64,000 nucleotides of DNA from an uncultured SAR86 cluster bacterium (GTDB lineage: Bacteria > Pseudomonadota > Gammaproteobacteria > Magnimaribacterales > D2472). The position numbers and the translations under genes were made by a program. Of the stretch, positions 37,467 to 50,763 are shown piece by piece. The stretch covers positions 253,517 to 317,516 of the forward strand of contig CACOPA010000001.1 in assembly GCA_902628925.1 (NCBI GenBank), given 5' to 3'. The notes beneath the pieces were generated by a model. That model searched no databases, was not told the origin of the DNA, and saw only the letters and a program-made list of their open reading frames with translations. Numbering within the stretch: the stretch's first letter is position 1; each line of letters begins with the position of its first letter.

Positions 37467-38428
37467 TAAGAATCATTTTTTTCTTCAAAACACCTTTGAA
37501 AGTATTCCATTACAATGGGTTTCTCAAGATCATCGCACTTATTCAAAAATGTCAAAGAGAAAGAATCTAACAAGTCATGAAAAATAAGATAGTTTTGTGC
37601 CCAGCTTAGAACTGTTCTCGGAGACATTAATGTTGATATGTCACCATTAATAAAACCTTGTCTAGTGAGCTCTGCTAGCAAAACCATATTTTTTATAATT
37701 TCTTGGTTCTCTTTTCCTTTCAACTCAGGAATCTTTTTTTGAATAATTGCCTCTTCTTGTTTTTTTGGAAGATAATTTAATGTTGAAAGGACATGCCACC
37801 TATCCATTTGTCCTTGATTAATTTGCTGCGTTCCATGATAGAGGCCAGATGTATCACCGAGACCAACTGTATTTGTTGTAGCAAATAATCTAAAGGACTC
37901 ATGTGGGGTAATAACAGTATTTTGATCGAGGAGGGTAAGCTTTCCATCTACTTCTAGGATTCGTTGGATAACAAACATTACATCCGGTCTACCTGCATCA
38001 TATTCATCAAACACCATTGCTACAGGATTTCTGAGTGACCATGGCAGGATGCCTTCTTTAAATTCAGTAATTTGTTTTCCATCCTCAATAACAATGGCAT
38101 CCTTACCCAATAGATCAATCCTGCTTATGTGACTATCAAGGTTTATCCTCACGCATGGCCAATTAAGCCTAGCTGCAACTTGTTCAAGATGAGTTGATTT
38201 CCCAGTTCCGTGATAGCCTTGAATCATAACTCTGCGGTTGAACATAAAGCCAGCAAGTATAGAGCGCGTATTCGATTCATCAAACACATAAGTCTCATCG
38301 ACCATTGGCACCCATTCAGTTTTTTCTTTGAAACTAAAAACATCAAATCCGGCATCGAAACCAAAGACTTTTTTTGTATTAATCTTCACTTCAGGCCTTT
38401 CAGGCAATTCTATTAATTTTTTATCCAT
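37466..38428 (-). CDS. cobS: CobS-like MoxR-type AAA+ ATPase (cobaltochelatase CobS family)
   Basis: 320 aa. [43 protein letters not shown] is near-identical to the CobS core as I recall it. Its stop overlaps the cobT start (TAATG). Confidence 0.9.
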   Translation of the reverse strand: MDKKLIELPERPEVKINTKKVFGFDAGFDVFSFKEKTEWVPMVDETYVFDESNTRSILAGFMFNRRVMIQGYHGTGKSTHLEQVAARLNWPCVRINLDSHISRIDLLGKDAIVIEDGKQITEFKEGILPWSLRNPVAMVFDEYDAGRPDVMFVIQRILEVDGKLTLLDQNTVITPHESFRLFATTNTVGLGDTSGLYHGTQQINQGQMDRWHVLSTLNYLPKKQEEAIIQKKIPELKGKENQEIIKNMVLLAELTRQGFINGDISTLMSPRTVLSWAQNYLIFHDLLDSFSLTFLNKCDDLEKPIVMEYFQRCFEEKNDS

Positions 38429-38502
38429 TATTTTCTGTGTCGGGGTGCATATCCTACATTTAGAATCCGATTAGTTCTAGTTTTTATGGGATAATTATTT
38501 AT

Positions 38503-39372
38503 ATGAATAAAGCCTTAACAAATACCCTTAAGCTGTTTGAATTGGAAAAAATTGATAGAGATATTTATGCATGGAGTGGTTCAAGTGTTGGATTCGGAAG
38601 GATTTTTGGGGGTCAAGTTATGGCACAAACACTTATGGCAGCATACTCAACTGTAGATAAAAAACGATTTGCGCATTCCTTTCACTCATATTTCTTAAGA
38701 CCAGGCGACATGAATCAAAAAATTATCTTTGATGTGGATAGAATTAGAGATGGAAAGAGCTTTACTACAAGGCGTGTTAGAGCGATTCAAAATGGTGAGG
38801 CAATTTTTAATTGCTCAATATCCTTTAAGATAAGGGAAAAAGGTCTATCTCACCAGACTGAAATGCCTGATATTGTTGGTCCAGATGGACTTGAAAGTGA
38901 TTCAGAGATGCGACATCGAGTTAAACATAAGGTCGATAAAAAATTTCATTCAATTTGGCTGAGAGAAAGAGAGATTGAAATGAGACAGGTCGAGCCAATT
39001 GATTATTTAAATCCGAAGAAAGCACCTCCAATAAGAAATACTTGGATGAAGCCAAATGGATTAATTCCAAAAAACCAAAAAATAAATCAAGCATTATTGT
39101 TATATGTCTCCGACATGGGTTTATTAGGAACAGCAGTAAATCCTCATGGCTTAAATTTCATGTCTAGCAATTTCCAAAGTGCTAGTCTTGATCATGCTAT
39201 GTGGTTTCATAATGATATTGCTTTTAATGATTGGCATTTATACTCAATGGAGAGCCCAATTTCTGGGGGAGCAAGAGGTTTTTCAACAGGATCAATTTAT
39301 ACAAAAAAAGGTAAATTAATTGCATCAACAGCCCAAGAAGGACTGATGCGATTATGGAAAAAAAGCAAATAA
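38503..39372 (+). CDS. tesB: acyl-CoA thioesterase II
   Basis: 289 aa, double hot-dog fold (GGQVMAQTLMAA, HSYFLRPGD, DGKSFTTRRV, HAMWFH). Confidence 0.9.
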   Translation: MNKALTNTLKLFELEKIDRDIYAWSGSSVGFGRIFGGQVMAQTLMAAYSTVDKKRFAHSFHSYFLRPGDMNQKIIFDVDRIRDGKSFTTRRVRAIQNGEAIFNCSISFKIREKGLSHQTEMPDIVGPDGLESDSEMRHRVKHKVDKKFHSIWLREREIEMRQVEPIDYLNPKKAPPIRNTWMKPNGLIPKNQKINQALLLYVSDMGLLGTAVNPHGLNFMSSNFQSASLDHAMWFHNDIAFNDWHLYSMESPISGGARGFSTGSIYTKKGKLIASTAQEGLMRLWKKSK

Positions 39373-40617
39373 ATGAAGATTCTCAATAATCCAATTGCAA
39401 CAAATGATCAGAAGGAGCATGAGATTCTTGCCAATGAAGTTTTTCATGAAAAAGAAGTAATAAACAGAAGAAAAGAAATCCGAGCATATTGGCTTGATCT
39501 AGTTAAACCGTCGGAAACAATGCTTAGCTGTTTTGATGATGCTTTTAATGAAGTTATGTTTGGTGCGGTTATTTGGGGATTAAATCAGGATCCTAGTTAT
39601 CCAAAAGTGATTACTATAAGTAGGGTCGCCCATAAAATAAATAATATTTCTATTCCTGGATCAAGGTGGGGCATAGATAATCCTGATTCAGTTTATCGTG
39701 TTATCCCTATAAGCAATGATCAATCTTATGTAATCAGAGGAAAGCTTGGGAAACAGCAGTTTAATGAGAACCACTTCACTTTGTGGGACGATGATATGAA
39801 AACAATTGGTCTTATATCTGGAAACCAAATTGTAGCTGATCAAAAAGGAAATTTTGAAATAACAGTTGATTCAAAAAATTCATCTAACAGAAAGAATCAT
39901 ATTCAAACTTCAAAGGGAGCAAAAGAATTTTATATAAGAGACACAATCATTGATTGGCAAAATGACAGACCAAACCTTTTGGATGTAAAAAATATAAGTC
40001 AAAACAAGAGTAATAAACCATTTAGCAAAAAGAAGAACATTGAGATTGTTAAGAAATATATGAAAAAATGGGCATTCAATACAACAAGATGGAATCAACA
40101 GGCCTTATCTAAGCCTGAAAATGAATTTAGCTTCAGGATAGATAGAGATACTGACGGCGCTTTGAGAAACCAAGTTTATCTGATGGGACACTTTAACTTA
40201 CCAAGCAGAGACCATTGTATAAATTTAGAAATTTTTTTAGATGGCGCACAATATTTTATTGCCCCAATAACAAACATTTGGGGTACAACAAATGAAATAA
40301 TGAAAAAGAATGGCAGCCTAAATAATCATCAGTCAAAAATAAATGATACAGGAACTTATTCATTCATACTCAGTCAAGATGATCCTGGCATCCATAATTG
40401 GCTAGATCCATCTGGTTTAAATCAAGGAATATTGACTTTAAGATGGTCAGGATTTCCAAATGGATTGGTTGGTAAAGATTTGTATGTAAAATCAGAAGTT
40501 ATGCTTATTGAAGACGCCAAGAAAAATATCTCAAAAGCACAACTCATTCTGCCTGAAGAAAGAGAGGAGCAACTACAAAAAAGAGCTAGAAGCTATTCAT
40601 GGAGAATTGAAGATTAA
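39373..40617 (+). CDS. conserved hypothetical protein (possibly DUF1214-like)
   Basis: 414-aa ORF starting directly after the tesB stop (TAAATG). The C-terminal NWLDPSGLNQGILTLRW resembles the DUF1214 NWLP...G.f.l..R motif. No catalytic motif recognised. Confidence 0.5.
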   Translation: MKILNNPIATNDQKEHEILANEVFHEKEVINRRKEIRAYWLDLVKPSETMLSCFDDAFNEVMFGAVIWGLNQDPSYPKVITISRVAHKINNISIPGSRWGIDNPDSVYRVIPISNDQSYVIRGKLGKQQFNENHFTLWDDDMKTIGLISGNQIVADQKGNFEITVDSKNSSNRKNHIQTSKGAKEFYIRDTIIDWQNDRPNLLDVKNISQNKSNKPFSKKKNIEIVKKYMKKWAFNTTRWNQQALSKPENEFSFRIDRDTDGALRNQVYLMGHFNLPSRDHCINLEIFLDGAQYFIAPITNIWGTTNEIMKKNGSLNNHQSKINDTGTYSFILSQDDPGIHNWLDPSGLNQGILTLRWSGFPNGLVGKDLYVKSEVMLIEDAKKNISKAQLILPEEREEQLQKRARSYSWRIED

Positions 40618-40623
40618 ATTAAA

Positions 40624-41472
40624 ATGACAACTCCACCTTTTGTATGGTTGATATCTGGTTGCTCAACTGGATTTGGTCGAGAGATTGCAATTTCAGCACT
40701 TGAGGCCGGAGATATAGTTGCTGTGACTTCCCGAAATACTGAAGATATAAGGGATATTTGCAATAAATATCCTTCAACTTCCGTTGCATTAAATCTTGAT
40801 GTTACCTGTACAGATCAAATTATAGAATGTGTTAGAAATGTAATATCTAAATTTGGAAGAATTGATGTGCTTGTGAATAATGCGGGTTATGGGTATCTAT
40901 CTGCAATAGAGGAAGGTGAAGGCGAAGAGGTATCAAAACTATTTAATACAAATTTTTTTGGAGCACTTGAATTAACCAAACAGGTTTTACCTGTAATGAG
41001 AAATCAAAAATTTGGTCGTATTATCAATAATTCCTCACAAGCTGGCCTGATGGCAAATCCTGGAACTGGTTACTACAGTGCTTCAAAATTCGCATTGGAG
41101 GGACTTATGGAAGCATTGGATAAAGAAGTCAGACCGCTAAATATATTCGTAACCTCAGTTCAGCCAGGTGCTTTTAGAACTGACTGGTCCGGTCGATCAA
41201 TGAAAAAGTCAAAAATTAACATTACAGATTATGATGAACACGTCAGATCAAGAATAAACATGATAGCTGAAATTGATGGTAAACAGCCTGGTGACCCAAA
41301 AAAGGCTGCAAAGATTATTTTCGATTTAACTAGATATGAGGATCCTCCTAACAAGTTATTATTAGGTGCAGGAGTTTTGTCTGCATATAGGGAAAAGCTA
41401 GATAATATGGAAAATGATCTGGATACCTACGAATCAATAACTTTAAGTGCAGATTTTCAAAATAATGAATAG
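40624..41472 (+). CDS. short-chain dehydrogenase/reductase (classical SDR)
   Basis: 282 aa with cofactor motif SGCSTGFGREIA, NNAG, and the catalytic YSASK. Confidence 0.85.
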   Translation: MTTPPFVWLISGCSTGFGREIAISALEAGDIVAVTSRNTEDIRDICNKYPSTSVALNLDVTCTDQIIECVRNVISKFGRIDVLVNNAGYGYLSAIEEGEGEEVSKLFNTNFFGALELTKQVLPVMRNQKFGRIINNSSQAGLMANPGTGYYSASKFALEGLMEALDKEVRPLNIFVTSVQPGAFRTDWSGRSMKKSKINITDYDEHVRSRINMIAEIDGKQPGDPKKAAKIIFDLTRYEDPPNKLLLGAGVLSAYREKLDNMENDLDTYESITLSADFQNNE

Positions 41473-41484
41473 ACAGATTAAATA

Positions 41485-41927
41485 ATGAATGACATTCAGA
41501 TAATTAAAAATTTGATACATGCATATGCCGAATATCTTGACTTGGGAGACTTAGATGCAGTTGCAAAACTCTTCACAAAAGCTGAGATTTATGCTCCTGC
41601 AACTGATAGTACTATCAAAGGAAAGGAAAATATTCTCAAAATGTATAAAGAATCTTGTCGGATTTATAAAGAAACTGGAACTCCCTGCACAAAGCATATT
41701 ACTACTAATATTATTTTAGATATAGATTTAGAAAATCAATCTGCTGATTCAAGATCCTATTACACAGTCGTGCAGGCAACACCTGAGTTTGATTTACAAA
41801 CCATAATTGCAGGTCGATACCACGACAGTTTTTTTAAATCAGATGGGAAATGGCAATTTAAAAAACGAGTGATGATTGTTGATTTGATGGGGGATTGCAG
41901 TTCGCACTTGCTAATTGATCAGAACTT

Positions 41928-41931
<4 letters not shown>
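41485..41931 (+). CDS. SnoaL-like/NTF2-family protein
   Basis: 148 aa. The N-terminal IKNLIHAYAEYLDLGDLDAVAKLFT and C-terminal GRYHDSFFKSDGKWQFKKR are typical of SnoaL_4-type proteins. Confidence 0.65.
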
Positions 41932-44661
<2,730 letters not shown>

Positions 44662-44678
44662 TTAGTATCTACCTCCCA

Positions 44679-47600
44679 ATGACCATAAACGCTAAAACTT
44701 TATTTGACCCAAGTCTTGAAAAGGACAACTGTGGCTTTGGCTTAATTGCACAAAGAAATGGTAAAAGATCAAGAAAGCTAGTAAAAAAATCTATTTTAGG
44801 ACTTACCAGCATGACCCATCGTGGAGCAATTGGTGCCGATGGAAAAACTGGAGATGGCTGCGGATTATTATTTGATCTAAACCATTCTTTTTTTAAGTTG
44901 AAGGTTGCTGGAGAGCTTGACGTTGAGCTTCCAGATTTTTTTGCTGTTGCTCAATTATTCCACAGGAAAGATTTAGATTTTTATTATAGTTCGATACGTA
45001 AATTTCTTAGTTCCCAAGACTTAGATATTGCGGTCACAAGAAGCGTTCCAGTTAATAATGGAGTCCTTGGGAAAATTGCAAGACAAAACTTACCTAATAT
45101 TTCACAGGTTTTTATAACTTCAAAAAATACAAATCTTAACAAAGAAAGGTTCGAGGCTTGCCTACTTCAAGCGAGAAAGTTTATCGAAGAGAAGTTCGAT
45201 AATGATGAGGAGTTTTATGTTTGTAGTATGTCAACTCAGACGATTGTTTATAAAGGTTTAATGCTTCCAAGTGCAATTGATCAATTTTATTTAGATTTGA
45301 AGGATAAAAAATTTGAAGCAAAGATTTGCTTATTCCATCAACGATTTTCAACAAATACATTGCCTAGATGGCATTTAGCTCAACCATTCAGATTATTGGC
45401 TCACAATGGAGAAATTAATGCGATTAGAGGAAATAGAAATTGGGCTAAAGCAAGAAAATCGAAGTTCTCAACGGCATTAATTCCAGAGATAACATCATTC
45501 AAGAATCTTGTTAATGAAAAAGGATCCGATTCTTCTGCTCTCGATAATATGATCGAAATATTAGTTAAAGGTGGCATCAATACTTTTCGTGCATTGAGAA
45601 TGGTGCTACCGCCTGCTTGGCAAAATATCCATATGATGGATCCCGAAATTAAATCTTTTCATGAATATAATTCCATGCATATGGAGGCATGGGATGGTCC
45701 TGCTGGTATTGTTATGAGTGACGGTAGATGGGCAATATGTTTACTTGATAGAAATGGCTTGAGGCCCGCCAGGTATCAAATTGATAATGAAGGATATGTC
45801 ACAATTGCTTCAGAGATAGGTGTATTCCCCCAAGATGAATCAAACTTCATCACCAAGGGAAGAATTGGGGCAGGGGGAATATTTGCCATTGATACTGAGA
45901 CAGGTGAATTAATTGATCAATCAATAATTGATAGCAATCTCAAAGAAGGCAAACCTTACAGAGCTTGGTTACGATCTAAAGCAAAGTACCTTGAGTCTTC
46001 GCTCTACAACTATGCTGGAAGTGGAATAAAGCTGATTTCTTCTTTTGATCTAAATAAAGCATCAAAGTATTTCATGCTTTATACCGAGGAAAGACAAAGT
46101 GTTATCAAACCCTTAGCCATGGATTCCAGTGAGGGAACAGGTTCGATGGGTGATGATACTGCGTTAGCAGTTGTAAGCTCTATGCCGAGACAGATTTATG
46201 ATTTTTTTAGGCAACAATTCGCGCAGGTAACAAACCCGCCTATTGATTCTCTTAGGGAATCAGCAGTAATGTCCTTGGAAACTTGTTTTGGTCCAGAGCT
46301 TAATATTTTTGAGGAAACCCCAGAGCATGCAAATAGAATAGTTACAAGTTCACCTGTTCTGTCTCATAAAAAATTAAATACTCTTTTAAAAAGTAAGCGA
46401 TTTAAATCTCAAGAATTCAAACTAGTTTTTTCAAAAAGTGAGGCACTTGAAGGCGCACTCATTAAGCTAGGCGATAAGGTTAAAAGTGCTGTTAAAAAAG
46501 GAAATGTTCTTATCCATCTAATTGAAGAAATGCCGGGAGATAATATGCTCAGCATCAACGCATTGCTTGCAACTGGTTATATACATCAGCAGCTTATTAA
46601 TGAAGGGCTTAGAACTGATGCAAACATTATTGTTAGTACAGCTTCTGCTAGAGATACTCACTCTATTGCTTGTTTGATAAGTTATGGTGCGACAGCTGTT
46701 TATCCATGGTTGGCATTTCAATCTATATTAGATCTAACCAATAAGGGAGAGCTAAAAGGGAGCCCAACAGAAAATTGTGCTAAGTACAGAAAGGGAATAA
46801 ATAAAGGACTGCTTAAAATCATCTCAAAAATTGGTATCTCAACCATTTCAAGTTATCGGGGTTCGCAGCTTCATGAAATAGTTGGCCTTGATGATGAGGT
46901 TGTAGATAAATGTTTCACTGGAACAGTTAGCAGGATTGGCGGCAAAAACTTTGGGTCAATAAAACAACAAGAGACAGATTTATTTTCGTATGCAAACTCA
47001 AATTTAACCGACATTAATCCGGGTGGTCTCCTAAAATTTGTTCACGGTGGAGAGTATCACACCTATAACCCCTCAGTTGTAGAAGCACTCCAAAAAGCAG
47101 TTAAGTTATCTTCAAAAGAAGAATTCGATATTTATTCAGGCCTTGTAAACAATCGACCAAAATCAATGCTAAGGGATTTTCTTGAAGTTAAATCAAGCAA
47201 CGAACCAATCCCCCTTTCAAAGGTTGAGGATGAAACTAATATTTTAAAAAGATTTGATTCAGCTGGCATGAGCCTCGGCGCACTTTCACCTGAGGCACAC
47301 GAGACATTGGCTGAAGCAATGAACGAATTGGGTGCCCGCTCAAATTCTGGAGAGGGCGGCGAAGCTCTTGAACGCTATGGAACTAATAAGATGTCAAAAA
47401 TTAAGCAAGTTGCATCAGGTAGGTTTGGTGTTACACCGGCATATTTGGTAAATGCTGAGGTTTTGCAGATTAAAATTGCACAAGGCGCTAAGCCGGGTGA
47501 AGGAGGTCAACTTCCTGGTGGTAAGGTTAATAGTCTTATTGCGAAACTAAGATACTCCACTCCAGGGATTACATTAATCTCGCCACCTCCTCACCATGAT

Positions 47601-49118
47601 ATTTACTCAATCGAGGATCTAGCTCAGTTAATTTTTGATTTAAAACAAGTGAATCCAAAAGCGCTGGTATCTGTAAAACTAGTTTCTGAACCAGGCGTGG
47701 GCACGATAGCGGTTGGTGTTGCAAAAGCCTATGCAGATCTCATCACAATTTCTGGCCACGATGGCGGCACAGGAGCAAGCCCTTTGTCTTCGATTAGACA
47801 TGCAGGATCTCCATGGGAACTTGGTCTAGCTGAAACCCATCAAGCTCTGAGAAATGCTGGGCTTAGAGGCCAAGTCAGGATTCAAGCAGATGGCGGATTA
47901 AAAACCGGATTAGATGTCGTTAAGGCTGCAATCTTAGGTGCTGAGTCTTTTGGTTTTGGTACAGGCCCAATGATATCAATGGGCTGCAAGTATTTAAGAA
48001 TATGCCATTTAAATAATTGCGCTACCGGAGTTGCCACTCAAAGAAAGGACATTATTAGAAATCATTTTGTTGGTGAAAAAGAGAGAGTAAAAAATTATTT
48101 CAGATTTATTGCGCAAGACGTTAGAGATATTTTGGCAGAAATTGGACACGAATCACTTGAGAGCATTGTTGGCAAGACATCATTGTTAAAAGAAATTTCT
48201 GAGGCAAAAGACTTTGGTCTTTCATTAGATCCACTTCTTTACGAGGATAAAAATTTAGATGAACCACATACCTGCATTACTGATCTTAACGATCCTTGGG
48301 ATAAAGCTAATCTCAGTCAGAAAGCTTTAAATGATCTCAAAAAAACAATAACATCCCAGCAAAAAAATGAAGTCAGTTATCAAATCTCGAACCGAGATAG
48401 ATCTTTTGGTGCAAAAATCTCAGGATTTATTGCTATGAAATATGGTGAAAAGGGATGCTTAAAAACCCAGACCATTAGCCTTAAAGGAAATGCAGGACAA
48501 AGCCTAGGCGCATGGAATGCTAATGGATTGAATATTTCTCTTGAAGGAGACGCAAATGATTACGTGGGTAAGGGTATGAATGGCGGCAGAATTATAATTC
48601 ATAACTCTGCAGATTATGCACAAAAGAAAGACCCATCAATATTAATTGGTAATACTGCACTATACGGAGCAACAGGCGGTGAGTTATATGTTGCGGGTAA
48701 GGCGGGAGAAAGATTTGCTGTAAGAAATTCAGGCGCAAGTGCAGTCATAGAAGGTGCTGGTGATCATTGCTGTGAATACATGACTGGCGGGAATATTGTA
48801 GTTCTTGGAGATGTTGGAAATAATTTCGGAGCAGGAATGACAGGCGGCTTTGCTTATGTTTTGGATATGCAACAAACTTTCTTTGACAAGTGCAATCGGT
48901 CACTAATTAACCTTGAGAGGATTGTTGAAGAAGAAATGGAGCCTCATAGGCAATTTCTTAAAACGCAAATTAAAAAACATATCAAATACACAAATAGCTA
49001 TAGATCAAAAGAGATCTTAGAGGACTTTGACAAATTTGAATCTAGGTTTTGGCTAATTTCACCGAAGGCGATTAGTGTAAAAGATTTGCTAAAAGCCACT
49101 ACAGCTTCAGCCGCCTAA
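44679..49118 (+). CDS. gltB: glutamate synthase large subunit
   Basis: 1479 aa with N-terminal Ntn amidotransferase Cys (DNCGFGLIA), the FMN/Fe-S domain (SNSGEGGE, KIAQGAKPGEGGQLPG), and the C-terminal GXGXG beta-helix. Confidence 0.97.
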   Translation: MTINAKTLFDPSLEKDNCGFGLIAQRNGKRSRKLVKKSILGLTSMTHRGAIGADGKTGDGCGLLFDLNHSFFKLKVAGELDVELPDFFAVAQLFHRKDLDFYYSSIRKFLSSQDLDIAVTRSVPVNNGVLGKIARQNLPNISQVFITSKNTNLNKERFEACLLQARKFIEEKFDNDEEFYVCSMSTQTIVYKGLMLPSAIDQFYLDLKDKKFEAKICLFHQRFSTNTLPRWHLAQPFRLLAHNGEINAIRGNRNWAKARKSKFSTALIPEITSFKNLVNEKGSDSSALDNMIEILVKGGINTFRALRMVLPPAWQNIHMMDPEIKSFHEYNSMHMEAWDGPAGIVMSDGRWAICLLDRNGLRPARYQIDNEGYVTIASEIGVFPQDESNFITKGRIGAGGIFAIDTETGELIDQSIIDSNLKEGKPYRAWLRSKAKYLESSLYNYAGSGIKLISSFDLNKASKYFMLYTEERQSVIKPLAMDSSEGTGSMGDDTALAVVSSMPRQIYDFFRQQFAQVTNPPIDSLRESAVMSLETCFGPELNIFEETPEHANRIVTSSPVLSHKKLNTLLKSKRFKSQEFKLVFSKSEALEGALIKLGDKVKSAVKKGNVLIHLIEEMPGDNMLSINALLATGYIHQQLINEGLRTDANIIVSTASARDTHSIACLISYGATAVYPWLAFQSILDLTNKGELKGSPTENCAKYRKGINKGLLKIISKIGISTISSYRGSQLHEIVGLDDEVVDKCFTGTVSRIGGKNFGSIKQQETDLFSYANSNLTDINPGGLLKFVHGGEYHTYNPSVVEALQKAVKLSSKEEFDIYSGLVNNRPKSMLRDFLEVKSSNEPIPLSKVEDETNILKRFDSAGMSLGALSPEAHETLAEAMNELGARSNSGEGGEALERYGTNKMSKIKQVASGRFGVTPAYLVNAEVLQIKIAQGAKPGEGGQLPGGKVNSLIAKLRYSTPGITLISPPPHHDIYSIEDLAQLIFDLKQVNPKALVSVKLVSEPGVGTIAVGVAKAYADLITISGHDGGTGASPLSSIRHAGSPWELGLAETHQALRNAGLRGQVRIQADGGLKTGLDVVKAAILGAESFGFGTGPMISMGCKYLRICHLNNCATGVATQRKDIIRNHFVGEKERVKNYFRFIAQDVRDILAEIGHESLESIVGKTSLLKEISEAKDFGLSLDPLLYEDKNLDEPHTCITDLNDPWDKANLSQKALNDLKKTITSQQKNEVSYQISNRDRSFGAKISGFIAMKYGEKGCLKTQTISLKGNAGQSLGAWNANGLNISLEGDANDYVGKGMNGGRIIIHNSADYAQKKDPSILIGNTALYGATGGELYVAGKAGERFAVRNSGASAVIEGAGDHCCEYMTGGNIVVLGDVGNNFGAGMTGGFAYVLDMQQTFFDKCNRSLINLERIVEEEMEPHRQFLKTQIKKHIKYTNSYRSKEILEDFDKFESRFWLISPKAISVKDLLKATTASAA

Positions 49119-50188
49119 TTAAAAATATTTCTTAAAATTTTCGAACTTACCATATCTTCGATTTTCGCTTTAGAGATTCCATCCAGCAGCACAAACCTTA
49201 ACTTGCCTTTGAGTATTTTTTTGTCTTTTTTTAAGTAGGGCATTAAATCATTCAACTTTAAATTTGGTAAATTACTTTTGATTTTAAGCTTATCGAATAA
49301 CTCCAGAACTGCCTCAAATTCTTTCGATGTAATTAATTTCAGTTCCAGGGAGATTTTGGCAGCACATCTCATACCAATAGCTACTGCTTCACCATGCAAA
49401 TATTTTTTGTATTTGTACTTTGCTTCGAGTGCATGCCCAAAAGTATGACCAAAATTTAAAATTGCTCTTAAGCCTTTCTCTCTTTCATCTTGTTGAACTA
49501 TTTTTGCTTTAGATTTAATCGATTCTGAAATAATAAAGCTTAGAGCCTTGGTGTCTTTATCTAAAATAGACTCATAGTTTTTTTTCAGATAATTAAATAA
49601 CTTCCTGTTATCAATGAGCCCATACTTTATAACTTCAGCTAATCCAGCTTTATATTCTCGTTCTGCTAATGAATTTAGATGAGAGGGATCAATGATTACC
49701 AAAGAAGGGTTATAAAAAGCGCCAAAAAGGTTTTTTCCGTTTTTTGAATTGATAGCTGTTTTTCCACCCACGGATGAATCAACTTGAGCCAAAAGCGTTG
49801 TTGGAATTTGAATGAAATCTATGCCTCTGAGATATGTGCTTGCCACAAAACCACTTATGTCCCCAACAACACCACCTCCAAGAGCAATAATGAGATCATC
49901 ACGCGCAAAATTTTTCTCTGCTAAATGCTCTAATATGTACTGATAGTTCTTAAATGATTTTGATTGCTCTCCATTAGAGATAGTTAAAACTTTGGCACTT
50001 ACACCACATAACCTGATGGTCTTTTTTAGATCATTAATGTATTTTTTTGGAATGCCATAATCGGAAATAATTAAGACATTGTTTCTATAAGCGACGTAAG
50101 GTTTAAGGTTTGATTTATTTACACCTTTATCTTGGATAATCACTGAGTAGGATTTGAACCTACTCTTTATCGATAAATTAATTTTCAT
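49115..50188 (-). CDS. aroB: 3-dehydroquinate synthase
   Basis: 357 aa with GGGVVGDISGF, DSSVGGKTAIN, and the FGHTFGHALE zinc site. Confidence 0.93.
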   Translation of the reverse strand: MKINLSIKSRFKSYSVIIQDKGVNKSNLKPYVAYRNNVLIISDYGIPKKYINDLKKTIRLCGVSAKVLTISNGEQSKSFKNYQYILEHLAEKNFARDDLIIALGGGVVGDISGFVASTYLRGIDFIQIPTTLLAQVDSSVGGKTAINSKNGKNLFGAFYNPSLVIIDPSHLNSLAEREYKAGLAEVIKYGLIDNRKLFNYLKKNYESILDKDTKALSFIISESIKSKAKIVQQDEREKGLRAILNFGHTFGHALEAKYKYKKYLHGEAVAIGMRCAAKISLELKLITSKEFEAVLELFDKLKIKSNLPNLKLNDLMPYLKKDKKILKGKLRFVLLDGISKAKIEDMVSSKILRNIFN

Positions 50189-50684
50189 TCTTACTTTTTA
50201 GTGATCTTAGTATTTGTTGGGTTACTTCGTTCTCATTAAGATTAGAAGTATCAATAACAATATCTGCTAAATCAAGAAAGAAGGGCTCTCTTGCCGCATT
50301 TGTCTTTTCGATTGATCCATCAGAGTTTTTGCTAAATAAGGGTCGATCATCTGAATTAGCCAGTCTTTTAAGTTGCTCCTCAAAATTGATTTTAAGATAT
50401 ATGCAAGTTCCATTTTTCATAATGACCCGATTTTCTTTCATAAGAACGATTCCGCCTCCTGTTGAAATTATAGATTTTGGCTTTACCGACAATTTCTCAA
50501 GCGTTTGTGATTCAATAATCCTAAACCCACTCTCACCTTGTTTATCAAAAATCGATGATATCGACATGCCTATTTTTTTCTTTATTTCCTCATCGGTATC
50601 AAAAAATTGATATTTAAGTCGGCTTGAAAGGATTTTACCTATTGTTGTTTTGCCAGATCCCATTGGGCCTATAAGATAAATCAT
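50178..50684 (-). CDS. aroK: shikimate kinase
   Basis: Canonical GPMGSGKTT, DTD and STGGGIV motifs, upstream of aroB with an 11-nt overlap. The ATG at 50684 (MIYLIGPMGSGKT) is preferred over the track start at 50711. Confidence 0.9.
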   Translation of the reverse strand: MIYLIGPMGSGKTTIGKILSSRLKYQFFDTDEEIKKKIGMSISSIFDKQGESGFRIIESQTLEKLSVKPKSIISTGGGIVLMKENRVIMKNGTCIYLKINFEEQLKRLANSDDRPLFSKNSDGSIEKTNAAREPFFLDLADIVIDTSNLNENEVTQQILRSLKSKNEN

Positions 50685-50763
50685 AATACATACATAAATT
50701 TTCGAATGCATTCTATCATTTAAGTTATTTTTTTCTTATATTAGCCAATAGACTAAGTTAGTA

